From contig CM075988.1 in assembly GCA_038087875.1 (NCBI GenBank), positions 9,240,001-9,304,000 on the forward strand: a DNA stretch of 64,000 nucleotides. The letters are read 5' to 3'. The number at the start of each line of letters is the position of its first letter. Position 1 is the first letter of the stretch. Under the pieces are notes generated by a model. The model worked only from the letters and a program-made list of their open reading frames with translations. It had not been told where the DNA came from and did no database searches. This DNA is from Malacoraja senta. Lineage: Eukaryota. Positions 1 to 12,304 of this stretch are shown in pieces. The translations under genes and the position numbers were made by a program.

Positions 1-149
1 GGAAGCGGCGGTGAGTGGAGGAAGCTGCTGATTGGTGGAAGCAGACTAGAGGAAGCAGCTGATTGGGAGTCAGATCCTGCTGATTTCTTCCAGCAGATTG
101 TATTGTATTGTATTGTACTTTGTATTGTAGCCAGGATAAGGGGGGAGAA

Positions 150-1067
150 TGAGGGCCAGGGCAGATTACTGTTCTGGATGTCAGATGTGGGAGGTCATGG
201 AGTCTGATAGCCCTCCAGACGTCCACATCTGCGCCAGATGCGTCAAGATGGGGCTCCTAAGGACCATATTAGGAACCTGGAGCAGCAGCTCGATGACCTC
301 CGTCTGGTCAGGAGAGTGAGGAGGTCATAGAGAGGAGTTACAGAGAGGTGGTCACTCCAAGACCACGGGAGACAGACAAGTGGGTCACAGTTAGGAGGGG
401 CAAGGGCAGAGGCAGGGACTAGAGAGTACCCCAGTGGCTGTACACCTTGGCAATAAGTACTCCTGTTTGAGTACTGTTGGGGGGACAGCCTACCTGGGGG
501 TAGCGACAGCGGCCGGGCCTCCGGTACAGAGACCGTCCCTGTTGCTCAGAGGGGTAAGGAAAAGAAGAGGAGGGCAGTAGTATTAGGGACTCTATAGTTA
601 GGGGGTCAGACAGGCGATTCTGTGGACGCAGTCTGGAGACCCGGATGGTAGTTTGCCTCCCTGGTCTGGGATGTGTCTGAACGTGTCCAAGATATCCTGA
701 AATGGGAGGGAGGGGAGCCCGAGGTCGTGGTACATATAGGTACCAATGACATAGGAGAAAAAGGAAAGAGGTCCTGAAAGGAGAATTTAGGGAGTTAGGA
801 AGAGAGTTAAGGAAAAGGACAGCAAAGGTAACAATCTCAGGATTACTGCCTGTGCCACGCGACAGTGAGAATAGGAATGGAGCGAGGTGGAGGATAAATG
901 CGTGGCTGAAGGACTGGTGCAGTGGGCAGGGATTCAAGTTTCTGGACTTGGAACCTCTTTTGGGGAAGGTGTGACCTGTACAAAAAGAATGGGTTGCACT
1001 TGAACCTGAGGGGGACCAATATCCTGGCGGGGAGATTTGTAAAGGCTACTGGGGAGACTTTAAACTA
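150..1067 (+). pseudogene. CR1 ORF1 remnant: zinc-finger-like CxxC motifs plus SGNH/GDSL esterase domain, frameshifted
   Basis: Translated pieces: CSGCQMWEV...PDVHICARC; VVLGDSIVRGSDRRFCG...MVVCLPG; VVVHIGTND; ISGLLPVP; GLHLN..GTNILAGRF. Confidence 0.85.
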
Positions 1068-1429
1068 GAACGGTTGGGGGGAGGGACTCAAATAGAGAAA
1101 GCTAGTAGACAGTGTGTGAGGCAGGAGGCAGAGAAGGGAAGCACTCAGACCCAACATGTAGGGGGGAGAGAAGAAAAAGATAATAAACAGAGAATAAGAG
1201 GTGAAGGGTTTCTTAAATGTGTGAGCAGAGAGACAGAGGGGTGTAAAATAAGGGTAGAAGCAATAGGTAGCAAGGTGAAAAGTAAAAGTTGTAGGCAGAC
1301 AAATCCAGGGCAAAAATCAAAAAGGGCCATTTTTCAACATAATTGTATAAGGGGTAAGAGTGTTGTAAAAACAAGCCTGAAGGCTTTGTGTCTCAATGCA
1401 AGGAGCATTCGTAATAAGGTGGATGAGTT

Positions 1430-2310
1430 ACAGTCCCAGCCTGTCCCCACGTACCTCGGTGTGAAGCTCGACAGAACGTTGTCATTCAAAACAACACCTG
1501 GAAGGTGCCAAAGGCAAAGACAAGCGCCCGTGCCGCACTGATTCGCCGCCTAGCCGGCACCACATGGGGAGCCACGACGAAGACACTGCGCATGTCCACA
1601 GTGGCCCTGGTGTTCTCAGCTGCCAGGTACTGCGCCCCGGTCTGGTGCCGTAGTCCTCAGGCCAAAAAGCTGGATGCTGCCCTCAACAGCGCCCTGCGGA
1701 CTGTCTCCGGATGCCTACGAGCCACCCAGTAAAACAACTGCCCGTCCTCGCTGGCATCGCCCCAGCCAACATCAGACGAGAAGCAGCCACGCTGGCCCTC
1801 TCTCGAAAGGCACAGACCAGTGAATCCACCTCCTCCATCAGATCGTCACAGAGACACCACGACGAGTGCGCCTCAAGTCACGGCACCCCTTTGCCACGCA
1901 AGCCCAAGAGGCTGCTTTGCACAACACCGGCTGACGCTTCTAAGGCTGCCTGGGTCAAGACGAGATGGAGAGACCAGTGGAAGTCAGCGGAACCATCTAG
2001 GCTACACCATTACATTGATGACCCCATGGATGTCCCTGGCCAGGACCTGCCTCAGCAGTGGACAACCCTCAACCGCTTGGGGACAGGCATCAGACGCTAT
2101 GGAGTAGCGATGAAGAGGTGGGGCCTCGTGGACAGCACCTCCTGCGAGTGTGAGGACCCAACACAGAGAGTGGAGCACATAGTCACCAGTTGCCCCAAAC
2201 ACCAGCCACCGAATGGTGAACGAGGTCTGATTGACCTGGATGATGACACGTTGGCCTGGCTCCGCTCAACGGAGCTGCAGGTCTAAAAGACACACGACAG
2301 GAGAAGAAGA
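1430..2310 (+). mobile_element. 5'-truncated Ingi/Vingi-like (I-group) LINE inserted in CR1 ORF2
   Basis: PTYLGVKLDRTLSF, LIRRLAGTTWGA..TLR, YCAPVW and a C-terminal C-x-C...H...CP knuckle; (gaa)n tail; agtt repeated at 1426-1429 and 2311-2314; the CR1 frame (VDEL|NVQIA) rejoins across it. Clade assignment is by motif recall. Confidence 0.8.
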
Positions 2311-4552
2311 AGTTGAATGTGCAGATAGCTATTAATGATTATGATATAGTTGGGATCACGGAGACATGGCTCCAGGGTGACCAAGGCTGGTAGCTGAACA
2401 TCCAGGGATATTCAATATTCAGGAGGGATAGACAGAAAGGAAAAGGAGGTGGGATAGCGTTGCTGGTTAGAGAGGAGATTAATGCAATAGAAAGGAAGGA
2501 CATTAGCTTGCAGGATGTGGAATCAATATGGGTAGAGCTGCGAAACACTAAGGGGCAGAAAACGCTAGTGGCAGTTGTGTACAGGCCACCTAACAGTAGT
2601 AGTGGAGTTGGGGATGGCATTAAACAGGAAATTAGAAATGCGTGCAACAAAGGTAAAACAGTTATAATGGGTGACTTCAATCTACATATAGATTGGGTGA
2701 ATCAAATTGGCAGGCGTGCTGAGGAAGAGGATTTCTTGGAATGTATGCGGGATAGTTTTCTAAACCAACATGTAGAGGAATCAACGAGAGAACAGGCTAT
2801 TCTAGACTGGGTATTGAGTAATGAGGAAAGGTTAGTTAGCAGTCTTGTTGTGCGTGGCCCCTTGGGCAAGAGTGACCATAATATGGTTGAGTTCTTCATT
2901 AGGATGGAGAGTGACATAATTAATTCAGAAACAAGGGTTCTGAACTTAAAGAAAGGTAACTTTGAGGGTATGAGACGTGAATTGGCCAAGATAGACTGGC
3001 AATTGATTCTTAAAGGGTTGACGGTGGATATGCAATGGAAGGCTTTTAAAGGCTGCATGGATGAACTACAACAATTGTTCATCCCAGTTTGGCAAAAGAA
3101 TAAATCAGGGAAGGTAGTGCATCCATGGATAACAAGGGAAATCAGGGATAGTATCAAAACAAAAGATGAAGCATACAAATTAGCCAGAAAAAGCAGCCTA
3201 CCAGAGGACTGGGAGAAATTCTGAGTCCAGCAGAGGAGGACAAAGGGCTTAATTAGGAAAGGGAAAATAGATTATGAAAGAAAACTGGCAGGGAACATAA
3301 AAACTGACTGCAAAAGTTTGTATAGATATGTGAAGAGAAAAAGATTAGTTAAAACAAATGTAGGTCCCTTGCAGTCAGAAACAGGTGAATTGATCATGGG
3401 GAACAAGGACATGGCAGACCAATTGAATAACTACTTTGGTTCTGTCTTCACTAAGGAAGACTTAATTAATCTGCCGGAAATAGCAGGGGACCGGGGGTCA
3501 AATGAGATGGAGGAACTGAGTGAAATCCAGGTTAGCCGGGAAGTGGTGTTAGGTAAATTGAATGGATTAAAGGCCGATAAATCCCCAGGGCCAGATAGGC
3601 TGCATCCCAGAGTACTTAAGGAAGTAGCCCCAGAAATAGTGGATGCATTAGTGATAAATTTTCAAAACTCTTTAGATTCTGGAGTAGTTCCTGATGATTG
3701 GAGGGTAGCAAATGTAACCCCACTTTTTAAAAAGGGAGGGAGAGAGAAAACGGGGAATTACAGACCAGTTAGTCTAACATCAGTAGTGGGGAAACTGCTA
3801 GAGTCAGTTATTAAAGATGGGATAACAGCACATTTGGAAAGTGGTGAAATCATTGGACAAAGTCGGCATGGATTTATGAAAGGTAAATCATGTCTGATGA
3901 ATCTTATAGAAATTTTCGAGTATGTAACTAGTTGAGTGGATAAGGGAGAACCAGTGGCTGTGTTATATCTGGACTTTCATAAGGCTTTCGACAAGGTCCC
4001 ACATAAGAGATCAGTATACAAACTTAAAGCACACGGTATTGGGGGTTCAGTATTGATGTGGATAGAGAACTGGCTGGCAGACAGGAAGCAAAGAGTAGGA
4101 GTTAACGGGTCCTTTTCAGAATGGCAGGCAGTGACTAGTGGGGTACCGCAATGCTCAGTGCTGGGACCCCAGCTATTTACAATATATATTAATGATTTGG
4201 TCGAGGGAATTGAATGCAACATCTCCAAGTTTGCGGATGACACAAAGCTGGGGAGCAGTGTTAGCTGTGAGGAGAATGCTAGGAGGCTGCAAGATGACTT
4301 GGATAGGCTGGGTGAGTGGGCAAATGCATGGCAGATGCAGTATAATGTGGATAAATGTGAGGTTATCCACTTTGGTGGCAAAAACAGGAAAGTAGACTAT
4401 TACCTGAATGGTGGCCGATTAGGAAAAGGGGAGATGCAACGAGACCTGGGTGTCATGGTACACCAGTCATTGAAAGTAGGCATGCAGGTGCAGCAGGCAG
4501 TGAAGAAAGCAAATGGTATGTTAGCATTCATAGCGAAAAAGATTTGAGTATA

Positions 4553-5524
4553 ATTAATAATAATAATTCATTTTATTTACTGGCGCCTTTCTAAAACCCA
4601 AGGACACCTTACAAGGCATAGAATCTCAAAAATACAAAACACATAATCGGAATAAATTAAATATAAAAACACCACAGTACACAAATCAGGGACAGAATTC
4701 AATTTCAAAAGCACAAAAAGAAAATAAGAAACACAATTTGAAGAGAGAGCAGCGGCGACCAATTCGCGCCAGCGTCCACTCTCCCCTCCGACCGCCATCT
4801 TGCACACAGACTAACAGGCACAGCACACAGAATCATCCCCCCACAATGGTTACCACTGTGGGGGAAGGCACAATGTCCAGTCCCCAACCCAGTTCTCCCC
4901 AGAGTCAGGCCCAATGAGGCCTCCACAGTTGCCTCTACAGAGGCCCGATGTTCCTGGCCGTCGGGAGAGTCCTCGCAACGGCTGGAACGACCGGTTTCCC
5001 AGCGGAGTCGATGGCACCTGAAGCCGACAGGGCCGCGCCGAGTTGGAGCCACGATGCTCCCGATGTTGGAGTCGGCGCCGCCGCCCGCGGCTGGTCGCTC
5101 CGCAGTCCCGCAGCCCGGAGGTGTTGATCTCGGCGGTCAACGCATACCGGAGCTCCGGCGCATCGATCCAGCGCAGCCACCCAGGCAAGGCATCGCCTGC
5201 TACGCTTCCCGATAGCGCTCCAGCGCTGTGCCGCCACCGAAGCTGAAGGTGCTGGGCGGTCCCCGTCAGGAAACGGCGCTCCATGCCCGCTGGTAGGCCA
5301 CGAGGACGGGTCGACGAGGCAGCCTGGTGAAAAAGCTGCCTCACCGACCAGGTAGGGACCCAGAAATAGTTTCCCCCTTACCCCCCCACATTAAAAGTCA
5401 AAATCCCCCAAACAAACAAAGAAATAAAAAAAGCTAAAACTAAACAAAAAGTGAATTTGACGGACGGCTGCTGTTTAGCAGCCGTTCCTCCAAGATGGCG
5501 GCTCCAAGCATGTTGCGCCTTTGA
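4553..5524 (-). mobile_element. GC-rich non-coding retroposon with L2-like 3' tail (copy A)
   Basis: 8-bp TSD tgagtata (4545-4552, 5525-5532); minus-strand end gtaaggtgtccttggg...gaaaggcgcc..aataaa..(tta)n. Confidence 0.85.
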
Positions 5525-6528
5525 TGAGTATAGGAGCAGGGAGGTTCTACTGCAGTTGTACAGGGTCTTGGTGAGACCACACCTGGAGTATTGCGTACAG
5601 TTTTGGTCTCCTAATCTGAGGAAGGGCAATCTTGCCATAGAGGGAGTACAGAGAAGGTTCTCCAGACTGATTCCTGGGATGTCAGGACTTTCATATGAAG
5701 AAAGACTGGATAGACTCGGCTTGTACTCGCTAGAATTTAGAAGATTGAGGGGGGATCTTATAGAAACTTACAACATTCTTAAGGGGTTGGACAGGCTAGA
5801 GGCAGGAAGATTGTTCCCGTTGTTGGGGAAGTCCAGAACAAGGGGTCACAGTTTAAGGATAAAGGGGAAATCTTTTAGGACTGAGATGAGAAAAACATTT
5901 TTTACACAGAGAGTGGTGAATCTCTGGAATTCTCTGCCACAGAATGTAGTTGAGGCCAGTTCATTGGCTATATTTAAGAGGGAGTTAGATGTGGCCCTTG
6001 TGGCTAAAGGGATCAGGGGGTATGGAGAGAAAGCAGGTACAGGATACTGAGTTAGATGATCAGCCATGATCATATAGAATGGTGCAGGCTCGAAGGGCTG
6101 AATGGCCTACTCCTGCACCTATTTTCTATGTTTCTGTTTCTATGTTTCTATAACAGTGGCACTCTGCATATCCACTTCAATTAAAATGCAAATGCTACAG
6201 CAACTCCATATGCATTTGCAAGTGTGGAAATCAGGAGGTTACTGTCACTGTACAATTCACTCCTTATCTGACTACCTTTTTTCTCCTTTTCACCTTTAGC
6301 CTTTTTCACCTACTCCACCCATCTGCCATTCAAAACCCACCTCGTCTGTATCCACCTATCACTTGCCAGACTTTGTCCAACCTTTAGTCATACAGTATGG
6401 AAACAGGCCTGTCTGGCAGCTTGTTCCATACACCCACCACCCTTTGTGTGAAATAGTAACCGCCTCAGATTCCTACTAAATCTTTTCCCCGTCACCTTAA
6501 ACCTTTCTTTTCCAGATTAAGAAACAGT

Positions 6529-6621
6529 CTGAAGAAGGGTTTCGGCCCGAAACGTTACCTATTTCCTTCGCTCCATAGATGCTGCTGCACCCGCTGAGTT
6601 TCTCCAGCATTTTTGTGTACC
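6529..6621 (+). mobile_element. 93-bp Penelope-terminus-derived insertion beginning at a hammerhead core
   Basis: 12-bp direct repeat ttaagaaacagt (6517-6528, 6622-6633); the insert starts ctgaagaagggtttcggcccgaaacgtt. Confidence 0.8.
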
Positions 6622-6770
6622 TTAAGAAACAGTTAGACGGGTACATGGATAGGACAGATTTGGGGGGATATGGACCAAGCGCAGGCAGGTGGGACTAGTG
6701 TAACTGGGACATGTTGGCTGGTGTGAGCAAGTTGGGCTGAAGGGCATGTTTCCACACTATGACCCTATCC
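6622..6770 (+). mobile_element. CR1 3'-end fragment
   Basis: tacatggatagg...ggatatggacca...gggctgaagggcatgtttcc tail seen in many other copies in the window. Confidence 0.8.
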
Positions 6771-6885
6771 ACTGAATTACTCCCGCACTTTATGTTTTGC
6801 TTAAGAATCCAAAATCTGCATTAGCTTGTGTATCCAAGTTACTGATCAATTTCCCCATCTCCTGCAGAAACCACACTATAGGGAG

Positions 6886-7290
6886 AGACACAAAGTGCTG
6901 GAGTAACTCAATGAATGAGGCAGCATCTCCGGAGATGAAGGATAGGTGGTGTTTCAGATCAGGACCATTCTTCAGACCTCCGTCCTCTTCACAGATGCTG
7001 CCTGACGTGCTGACTTAACTCCAACAATTTGTGTCTATCTTTGATATAAACCAGCACCTGCGATTCTTTGTTTCTACACCATAGGGACATTTGTTCAAGA
7101 AACACAACATTAAATACATGAAAAGGAATGGTGACGTTCCGGGTCGAGACACTTCTTCAGGTCTGAAGGGTCTCGATCTGAAACGTCACCCATTCCTTCT
7201 CTCCAGAGATGCTGCCTGTCCTGCTTGGTTACTCCAGCTTTTTATGTTTATCTTCGGTTTAATCCAGCATCTGCAGTTCCATCCTACACA
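6886..7290. repeat. Two fold-back Penelope-terminus elements with degenerate hammerhead modules
   Basis: Inverted arms gacacaaagtgctggagtaactc...gcagcatct and agatgctgcctg...actcca...tgtgtct. Confidence 0.75.
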
Positions 7291-8564
7291 TTAAATACAT
7301 GAAATTGTTGGATATCATGCTGCTTAATTGATCAATACTCACTAACTACATTAGAGAATATTAAACTTTGCGCATTCCTGTATAAGTGTAATTGTCCTCC
7401 TGTTTTTTAAAATATTTTATATATTGCTTGCTATTTAAAAAGGAAATCTCTTAGGGCTAGTGGAATCAAGGGATATGGGGAGAAAGCAGGAACATGGTAT
7501 TGATTTGGGATGATCAGCCATGATCATCTTGAAGAGCCGAATGGCCTACTGCTGCACATATTTTCTATGTTTCTATGTTTCTATGAAACGTTATTTTATT
7601 TTTAATCTATTCTTTTTTTCCCTTCATTGGATTTTTTTTCTTGATTTGACGCATTAAATGCTTCTTGATTCGGAATACTTCAGTCTGATGAGTTAAGGAG
7701 GCACAAGGCCTTGCAGACAATGATGTTCTATGTGGTCACTATAATTTAAAGGAAATTCCACAAGAAAATCTCAAAGGGCGTTTGTAGACGTTAGCAAGAT
7801 CAATACGCAGGGCAGAATAATGCTCATTAGCGTTTTCTTTGGGGATCACAAGAGTGGAAGGGAGCCTCCAAGCTGCCACTGGATAACGAGAAATCAGAAA
7901 GATATCTTCAAGCTGAATCCTCGAGTATAAGAGCTGGAATTATAAAGAGGAAAAATTGTTGGTTGGAATCATTGTTGTTTCATCCACTCATTTCAAGTGA
8001 AAAAAATATAGAGCCAGTGAGCCACAGTGTAAATGAAGATGTCAAAACAACAAAGATGTCAAAGGAATTCACAAAGTGCTGGAGTAACTCAGCCGGTCAG
8101 ACAGCATCCCTGGAGAACATAGATAGGCGGAGTTTTGGTCAGTATCTTTCCTCAGAATGACTCTAGCACTTTGTGCCTTCTTTTATAAACCAGCATCTGC
8201 AGTTCTTTCTTTCAATAAAGATGTTAATCCACCTTAGCAGGGTTGATCTTCTATGCAGAAGATAGTTTGATGATAAAGTGAATGTTCATTGTTGGGGTTT
8301 TTTTTGCATCATGCCTTGAACTGCTGTTAACATCAGTATCCTGTGTGAGAGATGTGATATGAAGGACATTGCCAGATCACTCCACATGTGTCTAGTGATT
8401 CCATTTGCTTCCAGCCTGACAAGTGATCTCTTCTCTATCCCATCTCTATCCCAGCTGGACCTGTAAAGTCAGCAAAGGCTGGACTTGATTCCTTCAGCTA
8501 CAACTTGCCTGAGTTTTTTTTTTCTCTCTCTCTCTCCCTCTCCCTCTCCCTCTCTCTCTCTTAT

Positions 8565-8755
8565 CGAACAAGCTGCCAGAGGAAGTGGTTGAGGCTGGGA
8601 TTATCCTGACGTTTAAGAAAAATTTGGACAGGTACATGGATAGGACAGGAGGGATATGGACCAAATGCAGGCAGGTGGGACTGGTGTAGCTGGGACATGT
8701 TGGCCGATGTGGGAAAAGTTGGGCTGAAGGGCCTGTTTCCACACTGTATTACTCA
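8565..8755 (+). mobile_element. CR1 3'-end fragment preceded by a (ct)n tract
   Basis: LPEEVVEAG-coding sequence followed by the CR1 tail. Confidence 0.8.
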
Positions 8756-9178
8756 AGCACTCTACCTATTCAGAATCGCTGCCTGTTGGCAGTGTACTTG
8801 AGTCCAATAATTTAACAGCACTGTAATCTGTAATAACTGAGCAAAAGGCAGTCTGTGCAGAATTGATGTCAAGAGAATGCAACATCCATAAACCTGTCAG
8901 TTTATTAGCATTAACCAAGAGGATGATTATTTTTTTCTTTACTGTTTCATATATTTCATTTGCTGGCTACTAAATAATTCAGTACAGCTTGTTAAAATAT
9001 TCAGGAAGGTACTTTACCGGTTTAATTCTCAAGATTCTGGTTGTTTTTCGTATGCTATTAGTTTAATTATAATCATCTCTCCCGGCCTTACACCCCCAAA
9101 ATCTGTCCAATTCCTTTTCTATTCAGAAGATGAGAAAACCAATTGTGGTTCAGGATTGTTCCTGATAGTCTTTCATAA

Positions 9179-9508
9179 GGGCGGCACGATGGCACAGTGG
9201 TAGTGTTGCTGCCTTTTTTAGTGCCAGAGATCAACCCGGGTTTGATCCTGACTACCGGTGATGTCTGTACGGGTTTTGTACTTTCTCCCCTTTCTCTCCC
9301 ACATGACCTGTGTGAGTTTTCTCCGAGTTCTTCGGTTTCCTCCCACACTACAAGGAATTACAAGTTTGTAGGTTAATTTGCTTGGTATAAATGTAAATTG
9401 TCCTTAGTGTATCGGATAGTGTTAATTGGCGGGGATCACTGGTCGGTGCGGACTAGATGGGCCGAAGAGCCTGTTTCCGCTGTGTATCTCTAAACTAAAC
9501 TAAACTAA
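9179..9508 (+). mobile_element. tRNA-derived V-SINE (HE1-like)
   Basis: tRNA-like head with A/B boxes, central tccggtttcctcccaca-type domain, CR1-like tail ending (taaac)n. Confidence 0.9.
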
Positions 9509-9580
9509 TTGCGTTACCATGGGAGATTATTTATATGTGGACACTCATTCTTTTTGAACAAGAGTAATACTAACATCTTA

Positions 9581-10008
9581 AGGGCCTGTCCCACTTCGGC
9601 GATTTTTTAGGCGTCTACAGGCGACTAGGCTTTTGCCACCTGGTCACCGGGGTGTCGCCTGTACGGTCGTGAATAGTCTCCTCAGTCGCCCAAAGGATCG
9701 TAGCGTCTTTCTGGTCACCGCTGGATTTTCAACATGTTGAAAAATATTCGGAGACAATCGGCAACAGTGGGTTTGACGCCAATGAGCATAGCTTGACTTC
9801 TCCTGACTTAGGTGCTGTCGTAGTTGTCGCCAGGTTAACAAAGGTTGTCGCCAGGTGACGTAGGTTGTTGGTTTTTTTTGTTGTTAAAGTAATGATTCTA
9901 TTTCAAATTTTATGTCGAAGGGGGGGCGGGGGTCGTTTTTCGGCGATCGGCTACAACTATGACAGTCGCCAGCAGTCGTCTAAAAATAGCCTAAGTGGGA
10001 CAGGCCCT
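9581..10008. mobile_element. Harbinger/PIF-like MITE
   Basis: Imperfect TIR of ~33 bp beginning agggcctgtcccactt; TTA on both flanks (9578-9580, 10009-10011). Confidence 0.85.
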
Positions 10009-10559
10009 TTATCCTCATTCAACCTGCATCTTTCATTAGTGTACACTGGATGACTATCACGACTAACAATCTCTAGTTGAGAGTTTCCCTCTATCAGCTA
10101 TGATTTCTTATTACTGATTGGTATCAATATGCACAGTGCAGATCTGGATCAGACAGGTCTTTTCAGTTTTCTTCTAACTACCAGGCAAGAAGAAATAGAT
10201 GCTATGGAAATAGAAATCTGTTTATATTTAAAAATATCTGCAATTTCCATTTAGTTGATTTGAGTCGAGTCTAGACGAGTTTACTCTCATTTGCTCAAGC
10301 ACAGCAAGATACTTAATAACATGGAAATGAAATGGTTGCATCTCTACAGCATTAGGTCACATCCCTCGGCAATGTTTCTCATGAATTATAGTGAATTGCA
10401 GCAACATTACACAGACAAGCAGCAACTTAAAAGAAAGACTTGAGAGGAACATGGGCCAAGATGGGAAAATGGGACTAGCTTAGATGGGCATCCTGTTCAG
10501 CATGGACAAGTTTTCTTTGGAATGCCAGTAGCAGCGGGAAGACCACCTGCAAGAAGAAG

Positions 10560-10930
10560 ATAAAATTATGAGAGGCATAGATGGGGTAGACAGTCAGAAT
10601 CTTTTTTCCCTGGATAGAAAAAGTCAAATACTAGAGGGCATAGCTTTAAGGTCAGAGAGACATAGATTAATGAAGATGAGGGGGGCAACTTTTTTTACAC
10701 AGAGGATGGTGAGTGCAAGGAATGTACTGCCAGGGTTAGTGGTTGAGGCAAATATCATAATAGGATTTAAGAGGTTTTTGGATAGACATATGGATATGCA
10801 GAGAATGGGTGGATATATATATATTTCTGCTGAATTAGGTAAGAGATGGTCTAGGCATCAAGATCAACATAGACATTGTAGGCCAAAAAGCCTATTCTTA
10901 TGCTGTACTGTAATATGTTATATGTTTTAA
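10560..10930 (+). mobile_element. Old CR1 3' fragment
   Basis: MRGIDGVDSQNLF...FFTQRMV...VVEA coding remnant. Confidence 0.8.
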
Positions 10931-11304
10931 GTTGGATAACTCTCTGACTCTATGTGTCTGCAACTTGTACTTAGGATGGCTAAAGGTGCTGCATTCCCAA
11001 TATAGTACTTCAGAGCGATAAGGAAAAGAAACTACAGATGTTGGTAAACTGATATAGAAACAGAAATAAGATATAGAAACAGCCTGCGACCCAGGTAACA
11101 TCCCTGTGGAGAGGGATGTGGAAGGTGCTTCTCTCTCTGTTGATGCTGCCTGGCCTGCTGAGCATTTCTGGCAATGTATATCTTTTCTTTGGATTAATTG
11201 TGAGGAAATTAAAAGATACAGCACTCAAGTTACAACACCAAAATTTGCACACGGCAAAGTCCCACACAAAAATAATGTGACAACAATGCCAAATAAAGCA
11301 TGAA

Positions 11305-11795
11305 ACAGTGGTAGAAGATGCTGCTTTACAGTACCAGAGACCCAGGTTCAATCCTCGCTCCAGGTACTGTCTGTACGAAGTTAGTACATTCACCTGTGAC
11401 TGCGTGGGTTTTCTTCGGGTGCTCTGGTTTCCTTCCACATTCCAAAGACGGGCAGGTTTGTGGGTTAATTGGCTTCTGCAAATCGTCTCTAGTGTGTAGG
11501 ATAGAACTAGCGTACGGCTGAACAGAAGGCTGTAGAAGCCAAGTCAATGGATATTTTTAAGTTGGAGATTAATAGAATATTGATTAGTTCGGGTGTCAAA
11601 AGTTATGGGGAGTAGGCAGGAGAAAGAGGGTTGAGAGAGAAAGATAGATCAGCCATGATTGAATGGCGGAGTAGACTTGATGGGCCAAATAGCCTAATTC
11701 TGCTCCTTTAACATGAATATGACTGATCGCTGGTTGGAGCGTAGTGAGGTAAAGAGCATGTTTCCATGCTGTATCTTTAAACTAAACTAAACTAA
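11305..11795 (+). mobile_element. V-SINE split by a CR1 3' fragment (~11522-11721)
   Basis: SINE body 11305-11520 resumes at ~11722 (tgatcgctgg...taaactaaac). Confidence 0.75.
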
Positions 11796-12304
11796 GCTGA
11801 AGACACCAGGAGAGCAGACCTACCTTGTTTAAAGATAGTAGAATGTAACAATGAGTAACCACCTCTGAGCTAAGACACGGTTTAACTTCCCATTGGGATG
11901 CAAGCAGAAGTCTCCACGTGGCGCATCCCGGGCAATGCTGACGACAGAAACTGTACCACAGTGACTGACTGAAGTAGCCAATTCTGCAACCACCGACCGT
12001 CAACCGTCACTGACCGACCGGAAAGACATGATATAGAAGATGGCCGGACACGAGGAAGAAGAACTTCCCATTTGAAATAAGATCTTTGATAATGTAGTCC
12101 TTCCTTAACCTTCAATTTATGCCTTTATCACCTTGACCCCATGGCTTACTAGTTTGTTGGTTGCACAAATATGTTAATTCCATTGGTGAACATATTGAAA
12201 TCTCTTTGTTACTTTGGTTCACAAAATAACTTTTGTTATTATGCAAGAAATAATCACATAATGTCTTGCTCAGAATGTGTCCACTCAGAGGGAATAAAGG
12301 AAAT

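Larger units (their letters stand above)
1376..6050 (+). pseudogene. CR1 ORF2 (APE endonuclease plus reverse transcriptase), disrupted
   Basis: Motifs CLNARSIRNK, GITETW, VYRPP, MGDFN, SDH, SPGPD, NYRPVSLTS, YLDFHKAFD, GVPQCSVLGP, KFADD. Stops near 2390, 3222 and 3933; insertions at 1430-2310 and 4553-5524. Confidence 0.95.
1..6150 (+). mobile_element. Near full-length, inactivated CR1-clade LINE (HER1-like) with two nested insertions
   Basis: Order is 5' UTR, ORF1 (Cys motif plus esterase), ORF2 (APE endonuclease, RT, CR1-type C-terminus RPHLEYCVQFWSP...RTRGHSL...FFTQRVVNLWNSLP), then a 3' UTR ending in (ttctatgt)n at ~6124-6150. Confidence 0.95.

Noticed and set aside
2339..4381. Antisense ORFs opposite CR1 ORF2
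   Set aside because: Shadow frames of the RT coding strand with no independent motifs.
4577..5344. Overlapping ORFs in the GC-rich inserts (also 24490-25230 and 62960-63640)
   Set aside because: High GC explains the open frames; no recognisable domain, and ORF bounds differ between homologous copies B and C.
9179..9255. tRNA-like sequences with A/B boxes
   Set aside because: They are SINE heads continuing into SINE body and tail, not tRNA genes.
11844..12050. Possible solo LTR starting TGTAAC, CpG-richer than its flanks
   Set aside because: No CA end with a matching TSD could be found.
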